Shown here: in pieces, positions 15,874-23,539 of the stretch | Layout: each line of letters opens with the position of its first letter | Numbering within the stretch: position 1 is the first letter of the stretch | Virus record (IMG/VR): IMGVR_UViG_3300045938_000011 | Location: 1-46,660 of that record | DNA length: 46,660 nt | Origin: a virus | Reading direction: 5' to 3' (one strand) | Translations under genes and position numbers: made by a program | The notes under the pieces: model-generated | What the model was told of the DNA's origin: nothing | What the model saw: the letters and a program-made list of their open reading frames with translations, nothing else | Database searches by the model: none

Positions 15874-16211
15874 GCCGACACCTGCGCGAGTTCGCGGCCA
15901 CGCTTGATGGCGGCTAGGGCAAGGGACACGCCGCTTGCCTGATCCTCGTCCTTTTTCCCCGCGAGGATCGCTGAAGCCCATAGATGACCGTCGAAGATCG
16001 TCGCAGCAACTCGCCGCGCCTCGATCAGATCAGGATCGACCGGCTTGGGTAGAAAGGCAACGATTTCGCGTGCCTCGTTGGCAGTCTCAGCAAGGCGATT
16101 ATCGAACCCTTCCGAGACAACCGAATTTTTCCATGCAGCGGCGGTGCGTACCAACGCCACCATCCGCGCCACCAGCGCCGGATCGATGCCTTCCACTTCC
16201 TTCGTCATCAT
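15870..16211 (-). CDS. Hypothetical protein, 113 aa
   Basis: Track ORF. Confidence 0.6.
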   Translation of the reverse strand: MMTKEVEGIDPALVARMVALVRTAAAWKNSVVSEGFDNRLAETANEAREIVAFLPKPVDPDLIEARRVAATIFDGHLWASAILAGKKDEDQASGVSLALAAIKRGRELAQVSA

Positions 16212-16232
16212 CTTCTCCGTATCTTGCGGGGG

Positions 16233-16445
16233 TTAGGCGGGGCGTCGCAGGTCAGCGAGCGACCGGGTAAGATCCATGCTGGCCCGGCGGATCGCGCCTC
16301 CATCCTTGGGCGGGAAGCCGTCATCGACGTAGCTTCCGCCCCCGTGGTAATATTGGCGCTCGACAGGCGCAGGCAGTGCCTTTGCTCGGGCGATGAAACG
16401 CTCGGCTTCGGCAACGGCGACGGCCAGTTTCTTGCGGTCCATCAC
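16233..16445 (-). CDS. Hypothetical protein, 70 aa
   Basis: Track ORF. Its start overlaps the RecT stop by 4 nt. Confidence 0.55.
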   Translation of the reverse strand: MMDRKKLAVAVAEAERFIARAKALPAPVERQYYHGGGSYVDDGFPPKDGGAIRRASMDLTRSLADLRRPA

Positions 16446-17173
16446 TCGCCACCCCGCGTATCTTCGCCCATGTCGTCTTCCGAGCGGCCTTCGGTGGCGG
16501 TCGGGTTGTCGGGGGCGAGGGTGCCGTCGTTCGCTTCCGGTTCGCTGTGACCCAGCAGCGCGGCGCTGGTCAGGCGCTGAGCCTGCTGCGTCGGCATCGC
16601 GCCCATGGGCTGATAGTCCCGCGCTTCCTCGGCGATATGCAGCCCCTTCAGCACGTCGGAGAAGCCATCACGCAAGGCGAACGCACGGGCACGCATCTGG
16701 CGCATCCGGGCAGGGTACTGCGACCATGGACCCGACTTGCCTGCCAGCCCGGCCTTCTTGGCGTCCTCCATGCTGAAGGTGCGGACGATCGGCGTTGCGC
16801 GGCCGGCGCGGTTCAGCCGGCACGTCGCGGTCTGGCCGTCGTCGGTTTCCTCCATGTCGGTCAGGAAGCCGGACGCCTGCACCAGAGCCAGCGCGCCGTC
16901 GCCCCACAGCGAGGGATTGTTGCCGATGACCGCGATCGACTGGAGCGCGGCGAACGGGGTCAGCCCAACCTCTGCGCCCGCCATGATGCCGACCATGATC
17001 TTATTTTGGTCTTGCCCGTAGGCCTTGGGCGTCATGCCGGACTGCGCGAGCGCGCCGGACAGCTTCCACGCTTCCTCCAGCGTGGTCGGCACGAACGCCG
17101 CGAGCTTCTGGCCGGATGCCACCACCACCTTGCGGGCGGGGGCTTCAGTCGTTGCGATTGCTTGGCTTGCCAT
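16442..17173 (-). CDS. recT: RecT-family single-strand annealing recombinase
   Basis: 243 aa. GLTPFAALQSIAVIGNNPSLWGDGALAL and YPARMRQMRARAFALRD resemble the RecT core. Confidence 0.8.
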   Translation of the reverse strand: MASQAIATTEAPARKVVVASGQKLAAFVPTTLEEAWKLSGALAQSGMTPKAYGQDQNKIMVGIMAGAEVGLTPFAALQSIAVIGNNPSLWGDGALALVQASGFLTDMEETDDGQTATCRLNRAGRATPIVRTFSMEDAKKAGLAGKSGPWSQYPARMRQMRARAFALRDGFSDVLKGLHIAEEARDYQPMGAMPTQQAQRLTSAALLGHSEPEANDGTLAPDNPTATEGRSEDDMGEDTRGGE

Positions 17174-17237
17174 GGTCAGAACCCTTTCAAATATGGAATG
17201 TCGGCTTCGGTGATGGGGTCGTCGTCCTCGTCGGGCA

Positions 17238-18158
17238 TCACGCCGCCTCCCGTTCGATTGCGTCGTCGATTTGGCGGCGCGCGTAGCTGGCGAGGCCGCA
17301 TAGCGACGGCTCCTCGGAGTATGCGGGCCAGCGATCGGCGCTCAGGCAGTCGGCGAACTTGCGGATCGCCTGGCGGTTGAGCCACGCGCCGCGCTGGGTG
17401 TCTTCCTCGGGCAGCTCATAGAGCGACACGCTGTAGGGCGCGTCCTTCTCGACCACGATGTGCAGCCTGTTGGTCGGTGCATGGCCGTGGCAATGCTTCA
17501 GCCCTTCGGCATAGAACGCTGCTGACTGGTGAAACCCGAAGTTTCCGATCGCGCGGGCGAACCCGGTAGGGCTGCAATGCGTCGCGGCCATGAACTTCAG
17601 GTCGACGTCAAGACGCACCGCGCCGCCGGTCAGGATCGTGTTCGACCGGAAGTCGGGCCGGGCGCGCAGCCACACGCCGGTTTCGGGATCGATCCACGCC
17701 AACGTCTCTTCGGTGACGCCGTTCGACAGCGCCGCCTTCACCAGCGGATTACGGTCCAGCGCGTCCGCCACCGCCTGCACAGTCGCGAAGTCGTCGGCCT
17801 TGATGATGCACAGGCCGGCGTCGCGCGCCTCGGATGCCGCTGCGATTGCGTCCGGCATCGCCTTGGTCTTGTTCCAGGCGAACCCCTCCGGTAGCACATG
17901 GTAGTGCGCGTCGAACCGGTCGGCGAGCAACAGCAGGTCGTGCGCAGCCTTGCCGACCGCGAAGTGGCTGGCGTCGTCCTCGTCCGGCCGGTTCGGGTTC
18001 ATCGGGCTGTCGAACCAGAAGTGGAACGGCGATTGCGCGATGATCTTCTTCGCGCCCGACGACGACAGCGACGGCGCCGGCAGCAAGTCCGGGTTGCGGT
18101 GGTAGTCTGCGTTGTCGATGTCCGGATACGCGCCCGGTGCGGTGATGATCGCTGTCAT
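17238..18158 (-). CDS. PD-(D/E)XK-type recombination exonuclease (DUF3799 / RecE-like)
   Basis: Start at MTAIITAPGAYPDIDNADYHRN, with an ATGA overlap upstream. The YH...S.S motif and the position next to recT support the call. Confidence 0.7.
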   Translation of the reverse strand: MTAIITAPGAYPDIDNADYHRNPDLLPAPSLSSSGAKKIIAQSPFHFWFDSPMNPNRPDEDDASHFAVGKAAHDLLLLADRFDAHYHVLPEGFAWNKTKAMPDAIAAASEARDAGLCIIKADDFATVQAVADALDRNPLVKAALSNGVTEETLAWIDPETGVWLRARPDFRSNTILTGGAVRLDVDLKFMAATHCSPTGFARAIGNFGFHQSAAFYAEGLKHCHGHAPTNRLHIVVEKDAPYSVSLYELPEEDTQRGAWLNRQAIRKFADCLSADRWPAYSEEPSLCGLASYARRQIDDAIEREAA

Positions 18159-18406
18159 CGCCCACCCCTCCAATAGACGGTCTGCGCGGTCAGGCAGATC
18201 GCGGTCATCGCAAGGCCAGTCCAGAACGCGTGGCTGGCGTTGAACACCAGCCACGCCGCCGCCGTCGCGAACACGCCGCAGACGTGCAGGCTTTCCAGCT
18301 TCTGTTCCGTCGTCAGGTGCCAGCGATCATCCGCCAGCGGCATCTTGGACACCCGGTCCTCGACGGCGCGGCGATACTCATGCGGGTTCGTCGTGATGCG
18401 CTTCAT
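18155..18406 (-). CDS. Small membrane protein, 83 aa
   Basis: Track ORF with two hydrophobic helices in the C-terminal half. Confidence 0.55.
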   Translation of the reverse strand: MKRITTNPHEYRRAVEDRVSKMPLADDRWHLTTEQKLESLHVCGVFATAAAWLVFNASHAFWTGLAMTAICLTAQTVYWRGGR

Positions 18407-18687
18407 CGCCCCTGCTCCTTGGCGAGAGCGGCGGCGCGGCGGAGGGCGTCGACGACTTCCTCTTGGGTGCGGCCTTCCGCGTCATTCCACCAGATTACGC
18501 CTTCGCAGCCGATGGCTTCCCGAAGCACTTCCAATTCGTTGTAGGTGTCGTAGTCGCCCTTGACGTGCATCAGGGCGCCGTCGATGCAGAAGCATCCGTC
18601 GGCTTCCCAATCTCCCTGCCCCCAAGCCCCCGGCTTCTCCAGCAGATCACCCGCCTCGCTCAGCACCTGCGATACGGGCGCGGTCAT
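18403..18687 (-). CDS. Hypothetical protein, 94 aa
   Basis: Start at MTAPVSQVLSEAG, with an ATGA overlap upstream. Confidence 0.55.
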   Translation of the reverse strand: MTAPVSQVLSEAGDLLEKPGAWGQGDWEADGCFCIDGALMHVKGDYDTYNELEVLREAIGCEGVIWWNDAEGRTQEEVVDALRRAAALAKEQGR

Positions 18688-19286
18688 GCGGGCACCTTTT
18701 CGGCAGCGCGCTTCCATCCGAGCCAGCCCGGCTCAAGGCTGCTCTCAACGGACAGGTGAACGCGACGGCCATTGACCGCAGTATAGAACTGGTCCGGCTG
18801 ATCCCATTTGCCGCTATAGTCGCAGCGGACATGCCGATCAGGGTTGGCAGCGATGAACTTTTCTACCGTGTGCTTGGCGTCCGCCGTCACGCTATCGAAC
18901 GTGTCAGGATAGCCGCGCTCGCGGTGCCACAGATGTGCATAGTCGCAGCCGACTTTAGAGGCGTCCCACTTACGTCCGGTTTTACGGTCAAAATACGGCT
19001 CACTCGACTGCCAAGTGATCTCGCTGTCGAACATGTCGTGATCGAAACCGCGGCCGAATACGCCATAGCCATGCTCACCCGTAGTGACTGCGAAGTCTGA
19101 CCAGCGATGCGGGTACATCTGCTCGGGAACGATCAGGTAATAGCACCACGTACCGGGGTTCGGCTCTGCGCCCTGATACTCGTCGCCAGCCCGATGGCCG
19201 TGATGGCTGACAAGGTAGGACAGGCCCATATGCTCGCCGCGCCATTGCGTCGAACCCTTGAGCAATTCTGCATAAGTCGGCGTCAC
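18684..19286 (-). CDS. Hypothetical protein, 200 aa (rich in His, Trp and Asp)
   Basis: Track ORF. Confidence 0.65.
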   Translation of the reverse strand: MTPTYAELLKGSTQWRGEHMGLSYLVSHHGHRAGDEYQGAEPNPGTWCYYLIVPEQMYPHRWSDFAVTTGEHGYGVFGRGFDHDMFDSEITWQSSEPYFDRKTGRKWDASKVGCDYAHLWHRERGYPDTFDSVTADAKHTVEKFIAANPDRHVRCDYSGKWDQPDQFYTAVNGRRVHLSVESSLEPGWLGWKRAAEKVPA

Positions 19287-19465
19287 AACCCATTCTCCCG
19301 TTCGACACCCGAAGCGTCGGTAAATTGATGGCGACCGCGAGCGAGCTGGTGGGCGTCGGCGTCGGCCATCATGCGGCGGTATGCGGATTCAGCGCGGGCC
19401 AGCGACCGGTCCTGCCAGTCGAGGAAGGGCACCGCGCGGTTCGTGGCTTCGAGTATCATGCTCAT
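19283..19465 (-). CDS. Hypothetical protein, 60 aa
   Basis: Track ORF with 4-nt overlaps. Confidence 0.5.
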   Translation of the reverse strand: MSMILEATNRAVPFLDWQDRSLARAESAYRRMMADADAHQLARGRHQFTDASGVERENGL

Positions 19466-19767
19466 ACCGACGCTCCCGTGGCACGGGCGATGGCGGCGCG
19501 GGCGGCTTCAAGGCGCTGGTAGGCAAGACCCTCCCAATCGCTGTCGCCGCTGTCCTTGCCGGCTTCCAGGTCCTGCTCCAGCGCACCGATCGCGCCTTCG
19601 AGAGCAAGGATCAGGTCAAGCGTCTCGGCTTCCCGGTGCAAGGCAAGCGCTTGCACATACGGGTCATAATCCGGGATCGAAGCGAACTTGATACCAGTGA
19701 CCTTGCCGGCCAATACAATAGCGGCGTCTCGGTCGGACTGGCGGACGCGCGTTGCTGCGTCGGACAT
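19462..19767 (-). CDS. Hypothetical protein, 101 aa
   Basis: Track ORF. Confidence 0.55.
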   Translation of the reverse strand: MSDAATRVRQSDRDAAIVLAGKVTGIKFASIPDYDPYVQALALHREAETLDLILALEGAIGALEQDLEAGKDSGDSDWEGLAYQRLEAARAAIARATGASV

Positions 19768-19770
19768 ATC

Positions 19771-20097
19771 TCAATCCTCCTTGTCTGCGTCACGGGCGGC
19801 GCTACGGCGCTCACCAGCGGCGATGACGGTTTCGATCCAAGGGCCGTGCATGTTGCGCCCGAGGAACATCAGCACATTGGAAGCAGCGAACCGCTCGCCG
19901 CGTTCGAACGGCTTGGCGAACCCGTAGACCTTGGCGATGGCTTGCTTGACCTCGCCTGCTTCCCAAGGGTCACGGGCGTTTTGTTCGGCCACCGCCAGCC
20001 CAGCCCGATACCGCTCAATCAGGTACGCAGCTGCTCGCGCCTCGCGGTCGTCGGCGGCTTCGCATAGGGCGGGGGTGATGCGGAACGGCGCGTTCAA
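19771..20097 (-). CDS. Hypothetical protein, 108 aa
   Basis: Track ORF. Confidence 0.55.
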   Translation of the reverse strand: MNAPFRITPALCEAADDREARAAAYLIERYRAGLAVAEQNARDPWEAGEVKQAIAKVYGFAKPFERGERFAASNVLMFLGRNMHGPWIETVIAAGERRSAARDADKED

Positions 20098-20411
20098 CGG
20101 TCGAACTCGACTTCGTACTCTGCCAGCAGAGCCTTCAGATCATCGCAGCATGGCACGCGGCCGATTGCTTCCCGGAGCGCGTCGGGGTCCATGTCGTCGT
20201 CACACAGAGCATCAATCGCTTGCTGTTCGGCGAACATATCGCCCTTGGACACGGCAAAAGCCTGCGTCCCGATCCACGGCTTGTCGCTCATCCAGTGATA
20301 GCGGGTACGAATGTCCTGCCAGAACGCGTCGAACGCTTCCTGATCCGAGCACTTGAACCCGACCGTGATGTAGATGGGCGGTTCCGCCGCCCCGCCATCC
20401 GCCGGGGTCAT
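20094..20411 (-). CDS. Hypothetical acidic protein, 105 aa
   Basis: Track ORF. Confidence 0.55.
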   Translation of the reverse strand: MTPADGGAAEPPIYITVGFKCSDQEAFDAFWQDIRTRYHWMSDKPWIGTQAFAVSKGDMFAEQQAIDALCDDDMDPDALREAIGRVPCCDDLKALLAEYEVEFDR

Positions 20412-20611
20412 GCGACGGCTTCCGAGCGGATAGCCATGCGCTCGACGCGACGGACGAAAGCGTTCGTGTGACCGGCAGCGGCCTTGTCAGCCCAGATGCC
20501 GCACATGGACGAGAAAGCGCCGTCCGTGCGCTGCGCCTTGCGCCGGTAGTGATCGGCAACCCGCGCGCAGATCGCGGCGCTGGGTGCGGGGTTGGTGTTG
20601 CTGGGACCCAC
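20408..20611 (-). CDS. First gene of the early-left operon, 67 aa
   Basis: Track ORF lying immediately downstream of the left operator pair. Confidence 0.5.
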   Translation of the reverse strand: MGPSNTNPAPSAAICARVADHYRRKAQRTDGAFSSMCGIWADKAAAGHTNAFVRRVERMAIRSEAVA

Positions 20612-20676
20612 TTGTCGTCTCCCACTGTCCGCCGAGGCGGGGCCGCGTTGTGCGGCTGATGGGAGAAAACTAGGCT

Positions 20677-20710
20677 ATGTTTTGTAGCGCGTCAACATGA
20701 AATGTAGCGC
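20677..20710 (-). promoter_or_regulatory. Left operator pair (two copies of GCGCTACAnnnCAT read on the minus strand)
   Basis: ATGTTTTGTAGCGC at 20677-20690 and ATGAAATGTAGCGC at 20697-20710, 20 bp apart, between the repressor stop and the early-left operon. Confidence 0.7.
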
Positions 20711-20721
20711 GGCGTTACGAT

Positions 20722-21402
20722 TTATACTCGCCGGATAACGCCGACGACACGGCCGATAAAATGCACCTCGTCTTCCGATGCGATAATCGGGCGGACGTTC
20801 GGGTTGTCGCTGTTGATCTCGAACTGGCCATCGGGCCGCGACCGGACGCGCTTGATCATGCCGAACTGGCCATATGCGATGGCCCAGATACGATCCTGCG
20901 AGTTGAAGCGCCGCACGCTGCGGTCGATGATGATGATGTCGCGATCCAGTATGGTCGGCATCATGCTGTCGCCTTCGCCGCGCGCAACCATCAGCACGGA
21001 CGCCGGAGAATTCGTTAGCGTTTCCAGCCACGCCCGGCTCATTGGGACCATCTGAACGACCGGAAACTCGTCGTTTACAGAACCGCCGCCCATGGAATAG
21101 GCGACCTCAACCTCTGGTAGAAGCACCGCGTCCAATTGAGCCGCTGCGTTCTCGTCGCTCATGGGGTCACTGTCGCCGAGCATCAGCGGCCCGCCGCGTA
21201 GAAGCCAGTCAGTCGGCACCCCCAGCTTGCCGGCGAACAGCGGCGCGTGCTTGGCGTAGCCATTCTGGCCGCTCTCATAAGCACGGTAGGTGACCGGCTT
21301 CATGTCCACGACCCGCGCGAAGTCGGCAGCATCGGGATACTTGCGAAGCCGCGCCCAGGTCAGGCGTTCTTCAGGCGTGCGGAGTTCGGCGGGGTTTATC
21401 AT
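20722..21402 (-). CDS. cI-type repressor: XRE HTH plus an S24 (LexA-like) autopeptidase domain
   Basis: Start at MINPAELRTPEERL. The HTH is around FARVVDMKPVTYRAYESGQNG. The GDSMMPT serine motif and the downstream IKRV lysine motif are present. Confidence 0.85.
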   Translation of the reverse strand: MINPAELRTPEERLTWARLRKYPDAADFARVVDMKPVTYRAYESGQNGYAKHAPLFAGKLGVPTDWLLRGGPLMLGDSDPMSDENAAAQLDAVLLPEVEVAYSMGGGSVNDEFPVVQMVPMSRAWLETLTNSPASVLMVARGEGDSMMPTILDRDIIIIDRSVRRFNSQDRIWAIAYGQFGMIKRVRSRPDGQFEINSDNPNVRPIIASEDEVHFIGRVVGVIRRV

Positions 21403-21424
21403 GCCCGCTCTTTCGCACACAGCC

Positions 21425-21463
21425 GCGCTACAAATCATATTGCGTTGTGACGCTACGAATGAT
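21425..21463 (+). promoter_or_regulatory. Right operator pair between the repressor and cro-like genes
   Basis: GCGCTACAAATCAT at 21425-21438 and ACGCTACGAATGAT at 21450-21463. The second sits within the palindrome CGCTAcgaatgaTAGCG. Confidence 0.7.
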
Positions 21464-21477
21464 AGCGTGCTTGCACT

Positions 21478-21696
21478 ATGGATCATATCGCTACCATCAA
21501 GGCGTTGGGCGGGCCGAAAGCCGTCGCAGATGCGCTTCGAGCGCGGGGTGTCGTCGTTGCTGACGTGACCGCGAGGTCGTGGACGCTGAACGGGCGAGCG
21601 ATCCCTTCCAAATATTGGGCGCACATCCGCGCGATCGGGGCAGAGAAGAAGGTCCCTGTCTCGTTTGACGCGCTTGCGCAGCAGGTGTCGGCATGA
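21478..21696 (+). CDS. Cro-like small HTH regulator
   Basis: 72 aa and divergent from the repressor. IKALGGPKAVADALRARG resembles Cro/YdaS-type proteins. Confidence 0.65.
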   Translation: MDHIATIKALGGPKAVADALRARGVVVADVTARSWTLNGRAIPSKYWAHIRAIGAEKKVPVSFDALAQQVSA

Positions 21697-21702
21697 GCGG
21701 CG

Positions 21703-21957
21703 CTACTGCTTCGTCCCAAGGTTCTGCGCATCAATATGATCCGCCATCTCACTTAGCACCTGCGACAGTTGCCGCAGGACGACCGGAGTGGCGTGGAGTT
21801 GTAGCGAGACACCTCCTGCCTCGAACTCTTCCTCTGATTGTGCGTACCGCAGACGCAGCAATCCTATCATCGGCGCAATTGCCGTATCCCAGCCAATCAG
21901 CGGATACAGGACCAGATTGCCTTCCGCATTCTTCGTCCAGTGCGTCGTGTCCGTCAT
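21703..21957 (-). CDS. Hypothetical 84-aa protein on the opposite strand to its neighbours (moron-like)
   Basis: The ATG (MTDTTHWTKNAEG) is preceded by AAGGAG, in the frame of track ORF 21703..22065. GC3 is reduced in its second half. Confidence 0.5.
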   Translation of the reverse strand: MTDTTHWTKNAEGNLVLYPLIGWDTAIAPMIGLLRLRYAQSEEEFEAGGVSLQLHATPVVLRQLSQVLSEMADHIDAQNLGTKQ

Positions 21958-22195
21958 GCGATTCTCCTTTCGGAGATCGTGCGGCATCAGTTCGCACTGA
22001 GTCCACCCCCCAACGCGGGGAGGCGGGGAGGTGAGGGGCGAACCCCAAGCCTTCCGCAAGGTCACGACCGGCGAGATGGTCCGCGAGCTTCAGCGCGCCA
22101 CCGCACTTTTCCAGCAGCGCGCGATCGCGGCGCACCTTGGCTTCAGCCCGACCGCCCAGCGCCCGCCCCACACCCCACACAGCGAGGTACAGTAG

Positions 22196-22375
22196 ATGTC
22201 CGTGCCAGTCATTTGGGAGACGGTCGCCGCCTATGCGGTGATCGCCCTGATCGCCTTCTATGCGCTGCTCGCGGCCTACTGCCTGCGCGTCATCGCCGTC
22301 ATGAAGCGTGAGGATCGTCAGTCCAAATTGCGTGATTTGCGTAATCATGTCGACGGATCGGATACGGTCTCGTGA
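22196..22375 (+). CDS. 59-aa single-pass membrane protein
   Basis: Below the track cutoff, with high GC3. Sequence begins MSVPVIWETVAAYAVIALIAFYALLAAYCLRVIAVMKRED. Its stop overlaps the next GTG. Confidence 0.5.
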   Translation: MSVPVIWETVAAYAVIALIAFYALLAAYCLRVIAVMKREDRQSKLRDLRNHVDGSDTVS

Positions 22376-22815
22376 GCCGGTCAATCCACGGCAATCGTCC
22401 GGTCTTTTCCGCTTCGTCGGTGCTCGACGCTATCGCAGGCGATCTGCTGGCGATCAAGAATGCCGACAAGCTGACCTATTCCGATCTAGGCGCGGTCCTT
22501 GGCAAGAGCGAGGATCAGGCCGCGAAATACTGCGACGGTAGCGCCACGATGGATGCGGTAGCATTCGCTCGCGGCAAGCGTGAGTGGAATGGTCGCTTCA
22601 CCGGCAGCTACGACCGACTGTGCGTCGAGAGCCGTCCCGCCGCGCACCATGACCGACAGCACAAGAATGCTGTCCTCCGTGCCGCGCTCGCCATGGCCGA
22701 AGCGCTGGAGGACGACGACGAGATTTCTCCGTTTGAGGTCGCTGCGATCCGCGTCCAGCTGGAGCGCGCCAAGGATGCGATCGATGCGCTGTTGCAGAAG
22801 GGTGTGGCCGCATGA
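22372..22815 (+). CDS. Early regulatory protein candidate (cII-position), 147 aa
   Basis: Track ORF. An HTH-like segment lies at LTYSDLGAVLGKSEDQAAKY. Confidence 0.5.
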   Translation: MSRSIHGNRPVFSASSVLDAIAGDLLAIKNADKLTYSDLGAVLGKSEDQAAKYCDGSATMDAVAFARGKREWNGRFTGSYDRLCVESRPAAHHDRQHKNAVLRAALAMAEALEDDDEISPFEVAAIRVQLERAKDAIDALLQKGVAA

Positions 22816-23291
22816 GGTGGACTCCCGCAGCGGACCAGGTGCTCCGCGAGTTGATCGCCAAGGGCATGACCTTCCAGGCAATCGGCGATCATCTGGACGA
22901 AACCCGTAGCGCCGTGCGTGGTCGTGCCAATCGCCTGGGGCTGAAGGGCAAGGCAAAGCACCGGGTCGTCAAGCCAAGGCCTGCCGTGCGCGCGCCGCTT
23001 GAACGGGTCGGCCATAGCAACGGCGGCAAGCACTGGACAGCCGAAGAGGATGCCACCCTCACCAGCCTGTACGCTGCCGGTCAGCCCATGTGGAAGATCG
23101 GGCAGGCGCTGCATGTCGCGGCAACGACCGCTTCCATGCGGGCGCGGGTGCTGGGGCTGATCGAGCCTGTCGACCATTCGCTTCCGCTTCGTGATGCGCG
23201 CTTCACCTGTGGCCATTGTGGCACGCGGTCGGACGCTTCGCTCGACTTCGGCTGTGGGCACTGTCTGCCGCTGCGGAGGGTGGCGGCGTGA
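22812..23291 (+). CDS. GcrA-like regulator with a duplicated N-domain and a C-terminal zinc ribbon
   Basis: MRWTPAADQVLRELIAKGMTFQAIGDHLDETRSAVRGRANRLGL follows the GcrA N-domain pattern. A second copy is KHWTAEEDATLTSLY..MRARVLGL. The C-terminus has CGHCG...CGHC. Confidence 0.65.
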   Translation: MRWTPAADQVLRELIAKGMTFQAIGDHLDETRSAVRGRANRLGLKGKAKHRVVKPRPAVRAPLERVGHSNGGKHWTAEEDATLTSLYAAGQPMWKIGQALHVAATTASMRARVLGLIEPVDHSLPLRDARFTCGHCGTRSDASLDFGCGHCLPLRRVAA

Positions 23292-23539
23292 GCAAGCTGT
23301 GCGCATGCGGCTCGCCTGCCGCGAAATACGGGAAGACGGGCCGCTGTCGGTCGTGCGTTGCTCGCGCGATGAATACCGATCCGGTCGTGATCGCACGCCG
23401 TCGCGCTACACGCTGGGGTGACTGGTCGCAGGCTGATTTTGAGCTTTACGCCGACCTGCGCAAGAGCGGGAAAATTCTTGCTCCTGAGGCCAAGCGTCTG
23501 GTGCTGGAACATCGGGCGGTGCGGGAGGTGGTCGCATGA
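23288..23539 (+). CDS. Small Cys-containing protein, 83 aa
   Basis: GTG forms a GTGA overlap, in the frame of track ORF 23216..23539. Contains CACG...CRSC. Confidence 0.5.
   Translation: MSKLCACGSPAAKYGKTGRCRSCVARAMNTDPVVIARRRATRWGDWSQADFELYADLRKSGKILAPEAKRLVLEHRAVREVVA

Noticed and set aside
20722-21624. 300-aa version of the repressor (longest ORF)
   Set aside because: The extra 74 N-terminal residues are Arg/Pro-rich and would run through the operator region. The internal ATG at 21402 gives a canonical HTH-plus-S24 protein and leaves a 75-bp divergent control region.
21749-22384. 211-aa minus-strand ORF spanning the cro-distal gap
   Set aside because: It overlaps the SD-supported 84-aa gene in another frame and the 59-aa plus-strand membrane gene. 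It has no plausible start context. A short real gene within 22030-22190 cannot be fully excluded.
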